The position numbers and the translations under genes were made by a program. A stretch of 64,000 nucleotides of DNA from Ancylonema sp. (Eukaryota), in NCBI GenBank assembly GCA_050230475.1, contig JBFLGF010000066.1:1-64000 (forward strand), given 5' to 3'. Shown one piece after another: positions 37,601 through 50,900 of this stretch (the first letter of the stretch is position 1; each line of letters starts with the position of its first letter). The notes beneath the pieces were generated by a model. The model was given only the letters and a program-made list of their open reading frames with translations, did no database searches and was not told the origin of the DNA.

Positions 37601-40600
37601 GGGGAGGACCGGGACATTGTGTATGGAGCTCATTCCACCCCCCCCCCTCTCCCTCGGTCGCAGAGAGCATGCTCGAATATTTGCGGCAGATGTGGGGACC
37701 AGGTCTGCCTCCTGGAAGCTTCCTGGAAAGTGCCTCCATAGGACACCCCCAGGAGGAGGAGCCGTGCAAGTGCCACGTGGCGTTGATATCCGAGGCAGGG
37801 ACGCCGATCGAGATGCAGTATCAGTGGTCGAAGGGGGGGAAGGGGCTCCAAGGTTTTGTGCCTATACCGGAGGCTGGCAAGAGCAAGTACTGGCCCCAGG
37901 GGGCGGACTTGGGCTACTTCCTCCGCGCAGAGTGCATACCAGTGGTGGAGGGGCACCTGTTTCCGCCACTGGCGCTCGTGTCGCCAGCTGTCAAGAAGGG
38001 GTTGGGGATGCCCAGGAGTCTGGGGTTCAGGCTGGAGGGGGAGGCTGTGGAGGGGCAGACGCTGACGGGGATTGCCGACGTGGCTTGGTGCTCTGGAGTT
38101 CCGGGGAAGTCGATTGCGAGGTACTCGTTTCGGGACTAGGGGGGCTGGGGTGGGAAGGGCGGTGGTGCGCCACCTCAGCTGTTGACGTGGCCACACGGAT
38201 TTGCCTGAGACGGCCAGGTGGCTCAGAAGACGACCAGGTGGCATGCCTACAGTGGTCCAGGAGAGCGAGAGTGTGGAATACAAGCTGAGTCTGGAGGACG
38301 TGGGGGCGGCTGTGGAGGTGGAGTACACACCTGTCACACAGGAGGGGATGCAGGGGGAGACGTTGAGTGCCCAGACAGACGTGGTGGTGGCAGGTGGGGA
38401 GAGGATGAGTCTGTAAAGTATAGTATTGTAAAAAATATTGTACCCAGGGTGATGGTGGAGATGATGTGGTGGGGGCTCTCTGTCTCTTAGCACTTCTGGC
38501 ATTGTATGTTGTCTGTCAAGAAGCTAGAAATCCGGGATGGTAGAGGGTGTGGTGGGGTGGGGTAGGTGTTCCTTACAGGGCAAACCTTTCTCCCTTTTTT
38601 AAAAAATTACTTTCTCTCTGGTCCCGATGTGCAGCCCCGCCAGAGGTGAAGGAGCTGGTGGTGGACGGAGAGGCCATGATTGGTCGCACCCTGTTGGGCA
38701 GAGGGAAATTTTATGGGGGGCAGGAGGGGGAGAGCAAGAGACAATGGTTCAGGGAGCAAAGCGCGACAGGGTACGTGTGTATGTATGTACCTTCTGTGTA
38801 CATGTGCGACTGAGATGATATGATGTTATATTTACATATGTGTCCCGCACATGTCATTCAAACCAGTTGCACATAAATGATGTGAACATGCCCACAGATA
38901 ATCTGAGAAGAGGGGGTCAGGGTAAGATGAAGACTTTCCCTCCCTCCCCCCTTGCCCTGCTCTTTCCAGACATCTGGAGCAGCTCCCTTCCTCCTCCAAC
39001 GCGTACGTGGTGAGACGGGAGGATGTGGGGTCCAGACTCTGCCACCAGTACACGCCAGTGAGCTCCCAAGGTAAGGCCACACCAGCAGCTCGTGGAAGGG
39101 GGGGGTAAGAAGAGGGGATGGGTGCCTTCTACTGGCAGGTCTGGTGGGCAAAACCGTGTCCGCTTTCACCCAGAAGGTCCTTTTTGGTAAGAGGGTATAT
39201 CTCGAGATGGGCGGGGGGGGGGGGGGTTAGCCCCCACCAGATGGTGAAGTTGGTTGGGGGGCTGGGGTTGGGGTGGCAGCGCCCCCGCGGATCAGCAATG
39301 TATCGGTTCAGGGTCAGCTGGTAGAGGGCGGCCGGCTGGTCGTTACCGGGACGTACGAGGGAGGGGAAGAAGGAAGGAGCACTGTGCAATGGTTCAAAAC
39401 ACGTGACCCGACAGCTGGCAGCGAGGAGGGGATGGAGGAGATTCAAAACAAGGGGGGGGATCCCAAGGTAGGGAAACTCGGGTCAGGTGGGGGTTTTTTG
39501 GGAGCTGCGATTCTGTAACCAGGGTTAGTATGGGTGGGTTTGGAGTAGCTGGGATTGGGTAACTGAGGTCAGGTTCTGTATGGGAGGAAAGTTTTGATCC
39601 GGAATCTGGTTTGGCAGGAATTGGTGGTCCCTCTTGAGGCCGTTGGCTTCCACCTGGCAGTCTCCTACACGCCAGTGCGATCGAACGGAGAGGTCGGGAA
39701 GCCGGTGCTGGTGGTGACACCTGGCATGACTCCAAGTACGACACCTGGCAGCCTTGGGATCGTGGGTTTGCCTTTATGCCGGATGCTGATGGCGCTTAGC
39801 TTCTCCCCTCCCCCTTTCCTGCAGTGCTCCCCCCCTCTATCTCTTCCCTCAGTCTGAATGGGGACATGCTCGAGGGCTGTACCCTGCTGGCAGCCTACGG
39901 GTATCTGGGCGGCCATGAGGGGCGCACGGAGTTCGGGTGGTACCGATATCTGGTAAGGGGGTCAGACGGTTTGCGGTTATCAGGTGGCAGACCAGGGGGT
40001 GATGGGGGGGGGCGGAGGTGGGCACACAGGCACCTGGGGGGGGGGAGGGCGCACCCATTCCCGAGGCCCAGGGAGTGCTGCAGTACACCTTACAGTTGGA
40101 GGATGTGGGAACAACAGTCTCCTTCATCTGCCGACCTGTGCGAGAGGATGGGACAGCTGGCTTCCCGAAGGAAGCGAGGGGGAACAGGGCTGTCCAGCCA
40201 GGTAAGGGGGAGAGAGATGGGGGGGGGGGGGGGGGGTTCGGGGGGGACTGATGGGGATGGTTTGTTGTGTCGCTTTTTGGGTGAATCAGGTGTGCCGACT
40301 GTTGTCTCCCTTGTGGTTTATGGGGAGGCAATGGAGGGGTGTGAGCTGGGGGTTCAGAAGGTGTATCGGGGGGGGGGGGAGGGGCAGTCCACGCTGCAGT
40401 GGTTTGTGGTGAGAAATGCCCCTAAACCCTAAACCCTAAACCTGACACCCAATCCGCTTCTCTGACCTCCTCCCCCTTCCACTTGGCAGAGCGACAGTGG
40501 GGGCGTGCGTCAGGCTGTGAAGGGGGCCACAGGGGAACGGTATCGGGTGAGGGAGGGTGACCTGGATGGGTTGATCACGGTAGAGTGTGTGCCTGGGAGG

Positions 40601-43556
40601 GAGGATGGGGTGAGGGGGGCGCCTGCTGTCTCTCCTCCCGTGGGGCCCGTCACGGCCGGTACGGACCAACTCCTCTATACCGAATCCTGGATCCTTCATA
40701 TTTGTCGGAAGGTGTTGACGGGGGGGGTGGGCGGTTGGCGCAGCCAGCCCCCGTTGTGATGGGCTGCGTATCATTGGGCACCCCGTGGAGACTAAGAAAG
40801 TGGAGGTGGAAGCGAAGTACAGGGGGGGGTGAGGAGGCCTGCACCTACAAGTGGCGAAAGTGCGCAGTACAGACCCCTCACCATCTGCGTTGTGGATGTG
40901 CCTGTACAGAGAAGCAGGGGAGTGCAAAACGCGATGGTTCCGTCGATCTCCTCTAGGAGTCGACACCTTTCTCTCAGACCAGAGTGAGGGGCGGTGCCAC
41001 CAGCAGCAGGCAGCAGGCGGCAGTGTGCAGTGGGCGCAGGCAGTGAAGGGCGTGTGTGTGTGTGTGTGTGTGCAGAGGAGGTGGTGTTGAGTCTGGGCGA
41101 TGTGGGGTGCCGCCTGGTGGCTGAGTTCACACCTGTGAGGCACGACGGGCTGGAAGGCGAGGTGGCAACAGCTGTCTCTGAGATAGTGGTGGAGGGGGAG
41201 CCAGTAGTGCTGAACCTCACTCTGCCTGAGAGGATGGAGGAGGACATTCCCGTGCCTATGACGAGGCGGTACGGGGGGGGGAAGGAGGGAGGCAGCAAGT
41301 GGGCGTGGTTCCGGGCGCCTAAGAGACCCCAAAGCCCCGTGGACACGACCAAGCTGCGACAGGTGGCGTATACAGAGTGAGGGCCATGTGGGGTGGGGCA
41401 GGTGGAGGTTGGGCAGGGTCTGAGGCAGGGATGGGCGCAGGGAGTATACACCGAGTCTGGAGGATGTGGGGTGCTTCCTCATTTGCCAGTGGGTGCCGGT
41501 ACGGGCGGATGGGAAGGCTGGGGAAGTGAGGCTGGAGGTGGGGACCGCGTCAGTGCTGCCAGGCTGGCCAGTGGCGCACAACCCCAGCTTGCGCCAGCTG
41601 TCCTCCCAGATATACGAGGGGGGTGCGGAGTACAGGGGGGGGGAGGAGGGCAAGAGCACCTTCGGATGGTTCCGGAAACCGGATTCCGGACTGCTGCTGG
41701 AAATCGAGGGGGCTCACGCTCTCACCTACTCGCCGAGGGAGGGGGACTACGGGTGCAGACTGGTCTTTGCGTGAGGGGGCAACTCCCTCCCATTCTCAGA
41801 CCCTCAGGATCCGAGAACTCATAAGGGGTGGGTGTGGGCGGGGCAGATACATACCGGTGAGAGCAGATGGAGTGCAGGGAGCGAAAGCGTTCTCAAATCG
41901 AAGCGAAATTCTTTACCCAGGTTCGTCCCCCCTTTCCTAGACACATGTGACATGACATGCGAGGGGTGTGACGGACCGTGTGGGCATTCTTAAAAGGCAT
42001 CCCTTATGGCCTCCCTTATGTCATTCCTGATGGCATTCCTAACGGCTCTCCTAACGACTCTCCTTATGGCATCCCTCATGGCATCCCTCATGGCATCCCT
42101 TATGGCATTCCTTATGGCAGACCCTCCCCACAACCACGGGCTCACCATAGTGGGGACCGTAGCAGAGGGCGAGACGGTGACTGCGACGCAAGTGATGGAG
42201 GAGGCGTGGGAGAGGTTCCGGAAGGAAGTGAGGTTCCAATGGAGCCGTGCGCCAGGTGGCACCACCGCATTCGACACCCTGGCGTCCGCCCGAGACTGCT
42301 ACGCGATTGGTCCAGAGGACGTGGGCAGCCGCCTGCGGTGCATCTGCACTGTGGTCGACATCTACGGCAGGACAGCTCCTGAGGTTCAGAACACGACAGC
42401 GGTGGTCGCGCCAGGTCAGCATGGGCGAGTCAGCGCCACGTCAGCAAGGGCAGTTGTCTGATCCCGAATGCCACGTGTGCAGGCCAAGCGCGGGTGGAGA
42501 GTGTGGAGGTGGAGGGCCGCGGGTTCCACACCTCCCTCTACACGGTGACGGGGGTGTACAGCGGGGGGCGGGAGGGGGCCAGCAGAGTGCAGTGGCTCAG
42601 ACTGGCGCCTAACAAAGGAGAGGAGGAGGCTCTGCCTATCAGAGGGGAGGAGGGGAGGAGTTATGAGGCGAATGCGGAGGATGCGGGATGCCGGCTCATG
42701 GTCCGATATACGCCCGTCAGAGAAGATGGGGCGGAGGGCCAACCGAAAACTGCTATGTCACCAGTCGAGGAAATTGGTGAGCCCTCATAGGCTGTTGGGT
42801 CTCCTCCTGCCAATTGGGGTTTGGGTGCTCAGGCTGGGGCTGGGAGGGGTGGGGGATGGGGGGGTCAGAGGCGGCAGTTGCGCTGGAGGTGAAGCGCATT
42901 GTGGAGGTGGGAGCTGCAAAATTCGAGGTTAAGAGGGGGCAGAAAGACGTGGCCTACACACAGAACAAACCCATGAGGGTGGCAGAAAGGAGGTGAGCCA
43001 GTTGTGGTCGGTGGTGCAGACACAACAAGGAGGGGGGAGTGCTGTGGCGAGCAGGCGGGTGGTGGAAGTGAACCGCAGTCGGGTGAAGGTGTTGAAGCCC
43101 GGGTTCAGATCGCCCTTCTCCTCCACCGAGCTGAAGGGATCCTTTGACCCGCCCTTTCGGGTGAGGTGTAGGTTCTGGAATTGAGCATGTATGGTTTGCG
43201 GTTCTGGGATTTAGGGTTTCGGATCGAGGGGCTGGGGTTGAGGGGCAAGGACTTAGGATTCACAATTGAATGCGTCATGTTTGGGTTTAGGGTTTAGGGT
43301 TTAGGGTTCAGGGTTCAGAGTTCTCATGACCATGTGATCGTGGTGCGATCGCGGTTGTAAGCGCTTGTTCGACCCACGTTTTGTTGCGCATTCGCAGGTG
43401 GAGATTCTGCGGGCCGACCCGCTGCGACTCAAAGTGGTGTTTGGCAAAAATTCGGAGTTGGAAGTTTCGGCGCACACGCGACATTCGCGCGACGTGATTG
43501 GTCTCGCAATCCGCAAGCTGGCGCAACAATACCAAGACGGAAAGTCGAAACCGTAG
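34642..43556 (+). CDS. AIR9: AIR9 microtubule-associated protein (basic Ser-rich N-terminus, LRRs, A9 Ig-like repeats), more than 30 exons
   Basis: LRR exons KLDLRAQMIRSL, FVYLRDNRLSSLDGLELLKRVK, VLDLSFND, QLYLGGN, FLSVAQN; A9 repeats with YxGGxEG and YTPVRxDG; VEVEGRGFHTSLY; C-terminal RHSRDVIGLAIR; stop at 43554-43556. Confidence 0.93.
37425..37456. repeat. Intronic telomere-type (CCCTAAA)n tract; others at 40420-40442, 43286-43313 and its copies
   Basis: Plant-type TTTAGGG units, 3-4 copies each. Confidence 0.8.
41996..42120 (+). repeat. 12-bp minisatellite (GGCATCCCTYAT) x about 10, abutting an AIR9 3' splice site
   Basis: The last unit ends in the acceptor GGCAG (42116-42120); repeated in both duplicate segments. 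Confidence 0.85.
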
Positions 43557-45682
43557 CACGGGATGAGGCGAGTAGAGGTTACGAGACAAGGGAATGATAA
43601 TTGCTTGCTCGCATGTTTAGAGTTTGTGGAAATTGTTATAAGGTTGCAGATCTAGTATTTGAAGTATGATATAAAGGTTGTTTGGATTTTTTATGATTGA
43701 CTGTTGAGTTTGTTCAATTGTTGGGTTAGGAAAAGTCGGTGCAAGTATTACTTGTTTGTTTCATCGTGGTGGTGTGGGCGTGCGTGCAAATTTTTTGTGT
43801 GGTCTCCTCCACAATCAATCGTCCCGTGCTTCACCCGTTCTCGATTGTTCGATAGTAGCGCATGCAATGTGCTGACCTTCCCAAGTTGGTCGCGTCGATG
43901 GGTGCTCTAGGTCCCATCATGTTCTCAATGCAATACATTGCATCCGCCACATCGTCCCCCCAAGGTTCGTACCCAAATCAGATGTTCCTACGCAAACATG
44001 TCACTTTTCTCGTTCCCCTCACTTCTCTCGACACCACCCGATAACTCTCACCAAGCGGTAAAACAGTAAAATGAGAGCTGCCATGCCAAATTAGATCACA
44101 CGTGCGTGCACCACCTTGCTCGTCTGTGTAGTGCCATCATACGGGGAACTTTCGTTGCCTGCGGGTGTGCTTGTTCGCTTGTAACGAGTTTGAGCACACA
44201 GCGGGTGTACATGAAACGTCATTTGTCAAGTCAGTCGAGTGGCCGAACTAGAGTATTTGAAGCAACGATAGTCGGTGGATTGTCAAACTGATGGACGTCA
44301 CCATGCGATTGCTTTTCGGATGGTGGACCAACACTCCTAGTCTTCGACATATCCAACCACTTTTAGGATCTCTCAGACCAAGGTCGGTTTGGCCACATGT
44401 ATCATCTGTACCGCATTCGGGCGCTACTTGCGACCAAGTGAGCTCCACACACCTACGCACCTTACGCAGGATAAAGAGTCTCATGTGCCGAATTCGATCC
44501 TCACCATAACCATGGCGTAATCGTTGTGTATTTAGAAGGTGGGTTCAAATGCTCATGCAAACATTGTGTGGCTCACATGCGCACCAATGCTAAGGTAGCG
44601 TACACCTATAGCTTTCTGCCGGGCTTGGGCATACTTGCTATGAGTTTCATCATAGAGCAGCACGAATCCTCATGGACACCATCATATCTAGCCGCACTTG
44701 ATGAGTCATTGTCACACTTCTGTGCATGTCCATCTTGTTACTAGGCGGCACTCTTGTTTTATGAGTGACACGCATGTTTGTGAGGAATCCCATTCGTTGG
44801 TACACGCCGAGGCCACAATGTATTTGGATATTTCAGAGCAATGTTCAATGTTAAATACGTGCAATCTTTCCCCAAAGTTTGATGAGGTGTGGTCAATTTA
44901 CCCCACCACCCTCTAGCTACAAACAAATAACTCCCAAAGCTTCTAGGTTTTGGTCCCCCACCAGATCTCAGTCCCCCCATCACTTTCGTGTGAGACAACT
45001 CTCTTCCTCGGAGCTCCAACCAAAAAACCAAACACTAAAAACCAACCTTGCTCACCGGTATAGACGATGTCTTTGTAAGATGTGATGCCTGCCGCTCGCA
45101 ACTATTTAGTTCGATTGGCGATGCGTTTTTCTAACACCACTGACATGACCCGAATCCTCCTAACTGCCTCCCCCTCCTCCTCCCGATTCTCTCTATGTAG
45201 GTCCTCCTCGGCCTCAACTATGCCTGCATCTCAGTACGGATTTTCCATTGGTCGCTAAAAAATCAATCTCACTGCCATGCCATCCTCTAATTTGAACCCA
45301 ACACCTCGTATTTCACTTCAACAATTTGGCGATTGCATTGAAGAATATAAAGAAATTCTCCACGCTCTCACTCGGAAGTGCGATGGTTTTCAAGCGCCGC
45401 CATGAACTTGGCTAGATCATCTTGAAAACGCCTCTGCTACGCCTCTACTACGCCTCTCTAAAACAATCAAAAAAAAATTGGCTCCTCCTCCACCGGCATC
45501 ATTGGCACCGCCCTTCCTTGTTGTCCTGTATGCATCCATTGGTCCATTGCGTCACACGGACCATTCCTCAAGTCCCTCCTCCCGAATCGTGGATGGGGGT
45601 TTGGTAGGCGATGCAGCCAGCCCAGGAAAGCTCTAGCTCCTCCCTCTCGCATGGATTGTCTTTGCTTCCACACTAAGCACTA

Positions 45683-47927
45683 ACTCGCCGAGGGAGGGGG
45701 ACTACGGGTGCAGACTGGTCTTTGCGTGAGGGGGCAACTCCCTCCCATTCTCAGACCCTCGGGATCCGAGAACTCATAAGGGGTGGGTGTGGGCGGGGCA
45801 GATACATACCGGTGAGAGCAGATGGAGTGCAGGGAGCGAAAGCGTTCTCAAATCGAAGCGAAATTCTTTACCCAGGTTCGTCCCCCCTTTCCTAGACACA
45901 TGTGACATGACATGCGAGGGGTGTGACGGACCGTGTGGGCATTCTTAAAAGGCATCCCTTATGGCCTCCCTTATGTCATTCCTGATGGCATTCCTAACGG
46001 CTCTCCTAACGACTCTCCTTATGGCATCCCTCATGGCATCCCTCATGGCATCCCTTATGGCATTCCTTATGGCAGACCCTCCCCACAACCACGGGCTCAC
46101 CATAGTGGGGACCGTAGCAGAGGGCGAGACGGTGACTGCGACGCAAGTGATGGAGGAGGCGTGGGAGAGGTTCCGGAAGGAAGTGAGGTTCCAATGGAGC
46201 CGTGCGCCAGGTGGCACCACCGCATTCGACACCCTGGCGTCCGCCCGAGACTGCTACGCGATTGGTCCAGAGGACGTGGGCAGCCGCCTGCGGTGCATCT
46301 GCACTGTGGTCGACATCTACGGCAGGACAGCTCCTGAGGTTCAGAACACGACAGCGGTGGTCGCGCCAGGTCAGCATGGGCGAGTCAGCGCCACGTCAGC
46401 AAGGGCAGTTGTCTGATCCCGAATGCCACGTGTGCAGGCCAAGCGCGGGTGGAGAGTGTGGAGGTGGAGGGCCGCGGGTTCCACACCTCCCTCTACACGG
46501 TGACGGGGGTGTACAGCGGGGGGCGGGAGGGGGCCAGCAGAGTGCAGTGGCTCAGACTGGCGCCTAACAAAGGAGAGGAGGAGGCTCTGCCTATCAGAGG
46601 GGAGGAGGGGAGGAGTTATGAGGCGAATGCGGAGGATGCGGGATGCCGGCTCATGGTCCGATATACGCCCGTCAGAGAAGATGGGGCGGAGGGCCAACCG
46701 AAAACTGCTATGTCACCAGTCGAGGAAATTGGTGAGCCCTCATAGGCTGTTGGGTCTCCTCCTGCCAATTGGGGTTTGGGTGCTCAGGCTGGGGCTGGGA
46801 GGGGTGGGGGATGGGGGGGTCAGAGGCGGCAGTTGCGCTGGAGGTGAAGCGCATTGTGGAGGTGGGAGCTGCAAAATTCGAGGTTAAGAGGGGGCAGAAA
46901 GACGTGGCCTACACACAGAACAAACCCATGAGGGTGGCAGAAAGGAGGTGAGCCAGTTGTGGTCGGTGGTGCAGACACAACAAGGAGGGGGGAGTGCTGT
47001 GGCGAGCAGGCGGGTGGTGGAAGTGAACCGCAGTCGGGTGAAGGTGTTGAAGCCCGGGTTCAGATCGCCCTTCTCCTCCACCGAGCTGAAGGGATCCTTT
47101 GACCCGCCCTTTCGGGTGAGGTGTAGGTTCTGGAATTGAGCATGTATGGTTTGCGGTTCTGGGATTTAGGGTTTCGGATCGAGGGGCTGGGGTTGAGGGG
47201 CAAGGACTTAGGATTCACAATTGAATGCGTCATGTTTGGGTTTAGGGTTTAGGGTTTAGGGTTCAGGGTTCAGAGTTCTCATGACCATGTGATCGTGGTG
47301 CGATCGCGGTTGTAAGCGCTTGTTCGACCCACGTTTTGTTGCGCATTCGCAGGTGGAGATTCTGCGGGCCGACCCGCTGCGACTCAAAGTGGTGTTTGGC
47401 AAAAATTCGGAGTTGGAAGTTTCGGCGCACACGCGACATTCGCGCGACGTGATTGGTCTCGCAATCCGCAAGCTGGCGCAACAATACCAAGACGGAAAGT
47501 CGAAACCGTAGCACGGGATGAGGCGAGTAGAGGTTACGAGACAAGGGAATGATAATTGCTTGCTCGCATGTTTAGAGTTTGTGGAAATTGTTATAAGGTT
47601 GCAGATCTAGTATTTGAAGTATGATATAAAGGTTGTTTGGATTTTTTATGATTGACTGTTGAGTTTGTTCAATTGTTGGGTTAGGAAAAGTCGGTGCAAG
47701 TATTACTTGTTTGTTTCATCGTGGTGGTGTGGGCGTGCGTGCAAATTTTTTGTGTGGTCTCCTCCACAATCAATCGTCCCGTGCTTCACCCGTTCTCGAT
47801 TGTTCGATAGTAGCGCATGCAATGTGCTGACCTTCCCAAGTTGGTCGCGTCGATGGGTGCTCTAGGTCCCATCATGTTCTCAATGCAATACATTGCATCC
47901 GCCACATCGTCCCCCCAAGGTTCGTAC
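45683..47927 (+). pseudogene. Duplicate of 41728-43972 (AIR9 terminal exons and 3' flank)
   Basis: Offset 3955; AC microhomology at the left junction; one difference noticed (45761 G vs 41806 A). Confidence 0.85.
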
Positions 47928-50900
47928 GGCGCAGCCAGCCCCCGTTGTGATGGGCTGCGTATCATTGGGCACCCCGTGGAGACTAAGAAAGTGGAGGTGG
48001 AAGCGAAGTACAGGGGGGGGTGAGGAGGCCTGCACCTACAAGTGGCGAAAGTGCGCAGTACAGACCCCTCACCATCTGCGTTGTGGATGTGCCTGTACAG
48101 AGAAGCAGGGGAGTGCAAAACGCGATGGTTCCGTCGATCTCCTCTAGGAGTCGACACCTTTCTCTCAGACCAGAGTGAGGGGCGGTGCCACCAGCAGCAG
48201 GCAGCAGGCGGCAGTGTGCAGTGGGCGCAGGCAGTGAAGGGCGTGTGTGTGTGTGTGTGTGTGCAGAGGAGGTGGTGTTGAGTCTGGGCGATGTGGGGTG
48301 CCGCCTGGTGGCTGAGTTCACACCTGTGAGGCACGACGGGCTGGAAGGCGAGGTGGCAACAGCTGTCTCTGAGATAGTGGTGGAGGGGGAGCCAGTAGTG
48401 CTGAACCTCACTCTGCCTGAGAGGATGGAGGAGGACATTCCCGTGCCTATGACGAGGCGGTACGGGGGGGGGAAGGAGGGAGGCAGCAAGTGGGCGTGGT
48501 TCCGGGCGCCTAAGAGACCCCAAAGCCCCGTGGACACGACCAAGCTGCGACAGGTGGCGTATACAGAGTGAGGGCCATGTGGGGTGGGGCAGGTGGAGGT
48601 TGGGCAGGGTCTGAGGCAGGGATGGGCGCAGGGAGTATACACCGAGTCTGGAGGATGTGGGGTGCTTCCTCATTTGCCAGTGGGTGCCGGTACGGGCGGA
48701 TGGGAAGGCTGGGGAAGTGAGGCTGGAGGTGGGGACCGCGTCAGTGCTGCCAGGCTGGCCAGTGGCGCACAACCCCAGCTTGCGCCAGCTGTCCTCCCAG
48801 ATATACGAGGGGGGTGCGGAGTACAGGGGGGGGGAGGAGGGCAAGAGCACCTTCGGATGGTTCCGGAAACCGGATTCCGGACTGCTGCTGGAAATCGAGG
48901 GGGCTCACGCTCTCACCTACTCGCCGAGGGAGGGGGACTACGGGTGCAGACTGGTCTTTGCGTGAGGGGGCAACTCCCTCCCATTCTCAGACCCTCAGGA
49001 TCCGAGAACTCATAAGGGGTGGGTGTGGGCGGGGCAGATACATACCGGTGAGAGCAGATGGAGTGCAGGGAGCGAAAGCGTTCTCAAATCGAAGCGAAAT
49101 TCTTTACCCAGGTTCGTCCCCCCTTTCCTAGACACATGTGACATGACATGCGAGGGGTGTGACGGACCGTGTGGGCATTCTTAAAAGGCATCCCTTATGG
49201 CCTCCCTTATGTCATTCCTGATGGCATTCCTAACGGCTCTCCTAACGACTCTCCTTATGGCATCCCTCATGGCATCCCTCATGGCATCCCTTATGGCATT
49301 CCTTATGGCAGACCCTCCCCACAACCACGGGCTCACCATAGTGGGGACCGTAGCAGAGGGCGAGACGGTGACTGCGACGCAAGTGATGGAGGAGGCGTGG
49401 GAGAGGTTCCGGAAGGAAGTGAGGTTCCAATGGAGCCGTGCGCCAGGTGGCACCACCGCATTCGACACCCTGGCGTCCGCCCGAGACTGCTACGCGATTG
49501 GTCCAGAGGACGTGGGCAGCCGCCTGCGGTGCATCTGCACTGTGGTCGACATCTACGGCAGGACAGCTCCTGAGGTTCAGAACACGACAGCGGTGGTCGC
49601 GCCAGGTCAGCATGGGCGAGTCAGCGCCACGTCAGCAAGGGCAGTTGTCTGATCCCGAATGCCACGTGTGCAGGCCAAGCGCGGGTGGAGAGTGTGGAGG
49701 TGGAGGGCCGCGGGTTCCACACCTCCCTCTACACGGTGACGGGGGTGTACAGCGGGGGGCGGGAGGGGGCCAGCAGAGTGCAGTGGCTCAGACTGGCGCC
49801 TAACAAAGGAGAGGAGGAGGCTCTGCCTATCAGAGGGGAGGAGGGGAGGAGTTATGAGGCGAATGCGGAGGATGCGGGATGCCGGCTCATGGTCCGATAT
49901 ACGCCCGTCAGAGAAGATGGGGCGGAGGGCCAACCGAAAACTGCTATGTCACCAGTCGAGGAAATTGGTGAGCCCTCATAGGCTGTTGGGTCTCCTCCTG
50001 CCAATTGGGGTTTGGGTGCTCAGGCTGGGGCTGGGAGGGGTGGGGGATGGGGGGGTCAGAGGCGGCAGTTGCGCTGGAGGTGAAGCGCATTGTGGAGGTG
50101 GGAGCTGCAAAATTCGAGGTTAAGAGGGGGCAGAAAGACGTGGCCTACACACAGAACAAACCCATGAGGGTGGCAGAAAGGAGGTGAGCCAGTTGTGGTC
50201 GGTGGTGCAGACACAACAAGGAGGGGGGAGTGCTGTGGCGAGCAGGCGGGTGGTGGAAGTGAACCGCAGTCGGGTGAAGGTGTTGAAGCCCGGGTTCAGA
50301 TCGCCCTTCTCCTCCACCGAGCTGAAGGGATCCTTTGACCCGCCCTTTCGGGTGAGGTGTAGGTTCTGGAATTGAGCATGTATGGTTTGCGGTTCTGGGA
50401 TTTAGGGTTTCGGATCGAGGGGCTGGGGTTGAGGGGCAAGGACTTAGGATTCACAATTGAATGCGTCATGTTTGGGTTTAGGGTTTAGGGTTTAGGGTTC
50501 AGGGTTCAGAGTTCTCATGACCATGTGATCGTGGTGCGATCGCGGTTGTAAGCGCTTGTTCGACCCACGTTTTGTTGCGCATTCGCAGGTGGAGATTCTG
50601 CGGGCCGACCCGCTGCGACTCAAAGTGGTGTTTGGCAAAAATTCGGAGTTGGAAGTTTCGGCGCACACGCGACATTCGCGCGACGTGATTGGTCTCGCAA
50701 TCCGCAAGCTGGCGCAACAATACCAAGACGGAAAGTCGAAACCGTAGCACGGGATGAGGCGAGTAGAGGTTACGAGACAAGGGAATGATAATTGCTTGCT
50801 CGCATGTTTAGAGTTTGTGGAAATTGTTATAAGGTTGCAGATCTAGTATTTGAAGTATGATATAAAGGTTGTTTGGATTTTTTATGATTGACTGTTGAGT

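Noticed and set aside
40436..41659. 407-aa and 354-aa antisense ORFs over AIR9, and similar ones over HMA8 and ARP9
   Set aside because: Shadow frames of GC-rich, stop-poor sequence with no recognisable domains.
41978..42120. GIPY/GIPH or MASLM repeat protein
   Set aside because: It lies within a GT-AG intron of AIR9 (41921-42120); the flanking exons join in frame without it.
43980..45684. Gene between AIR9 and HMA8
   Set aside because: Only short unrecognisable ORFs; composition resembles decayed repeat DNA and no element ends were found.
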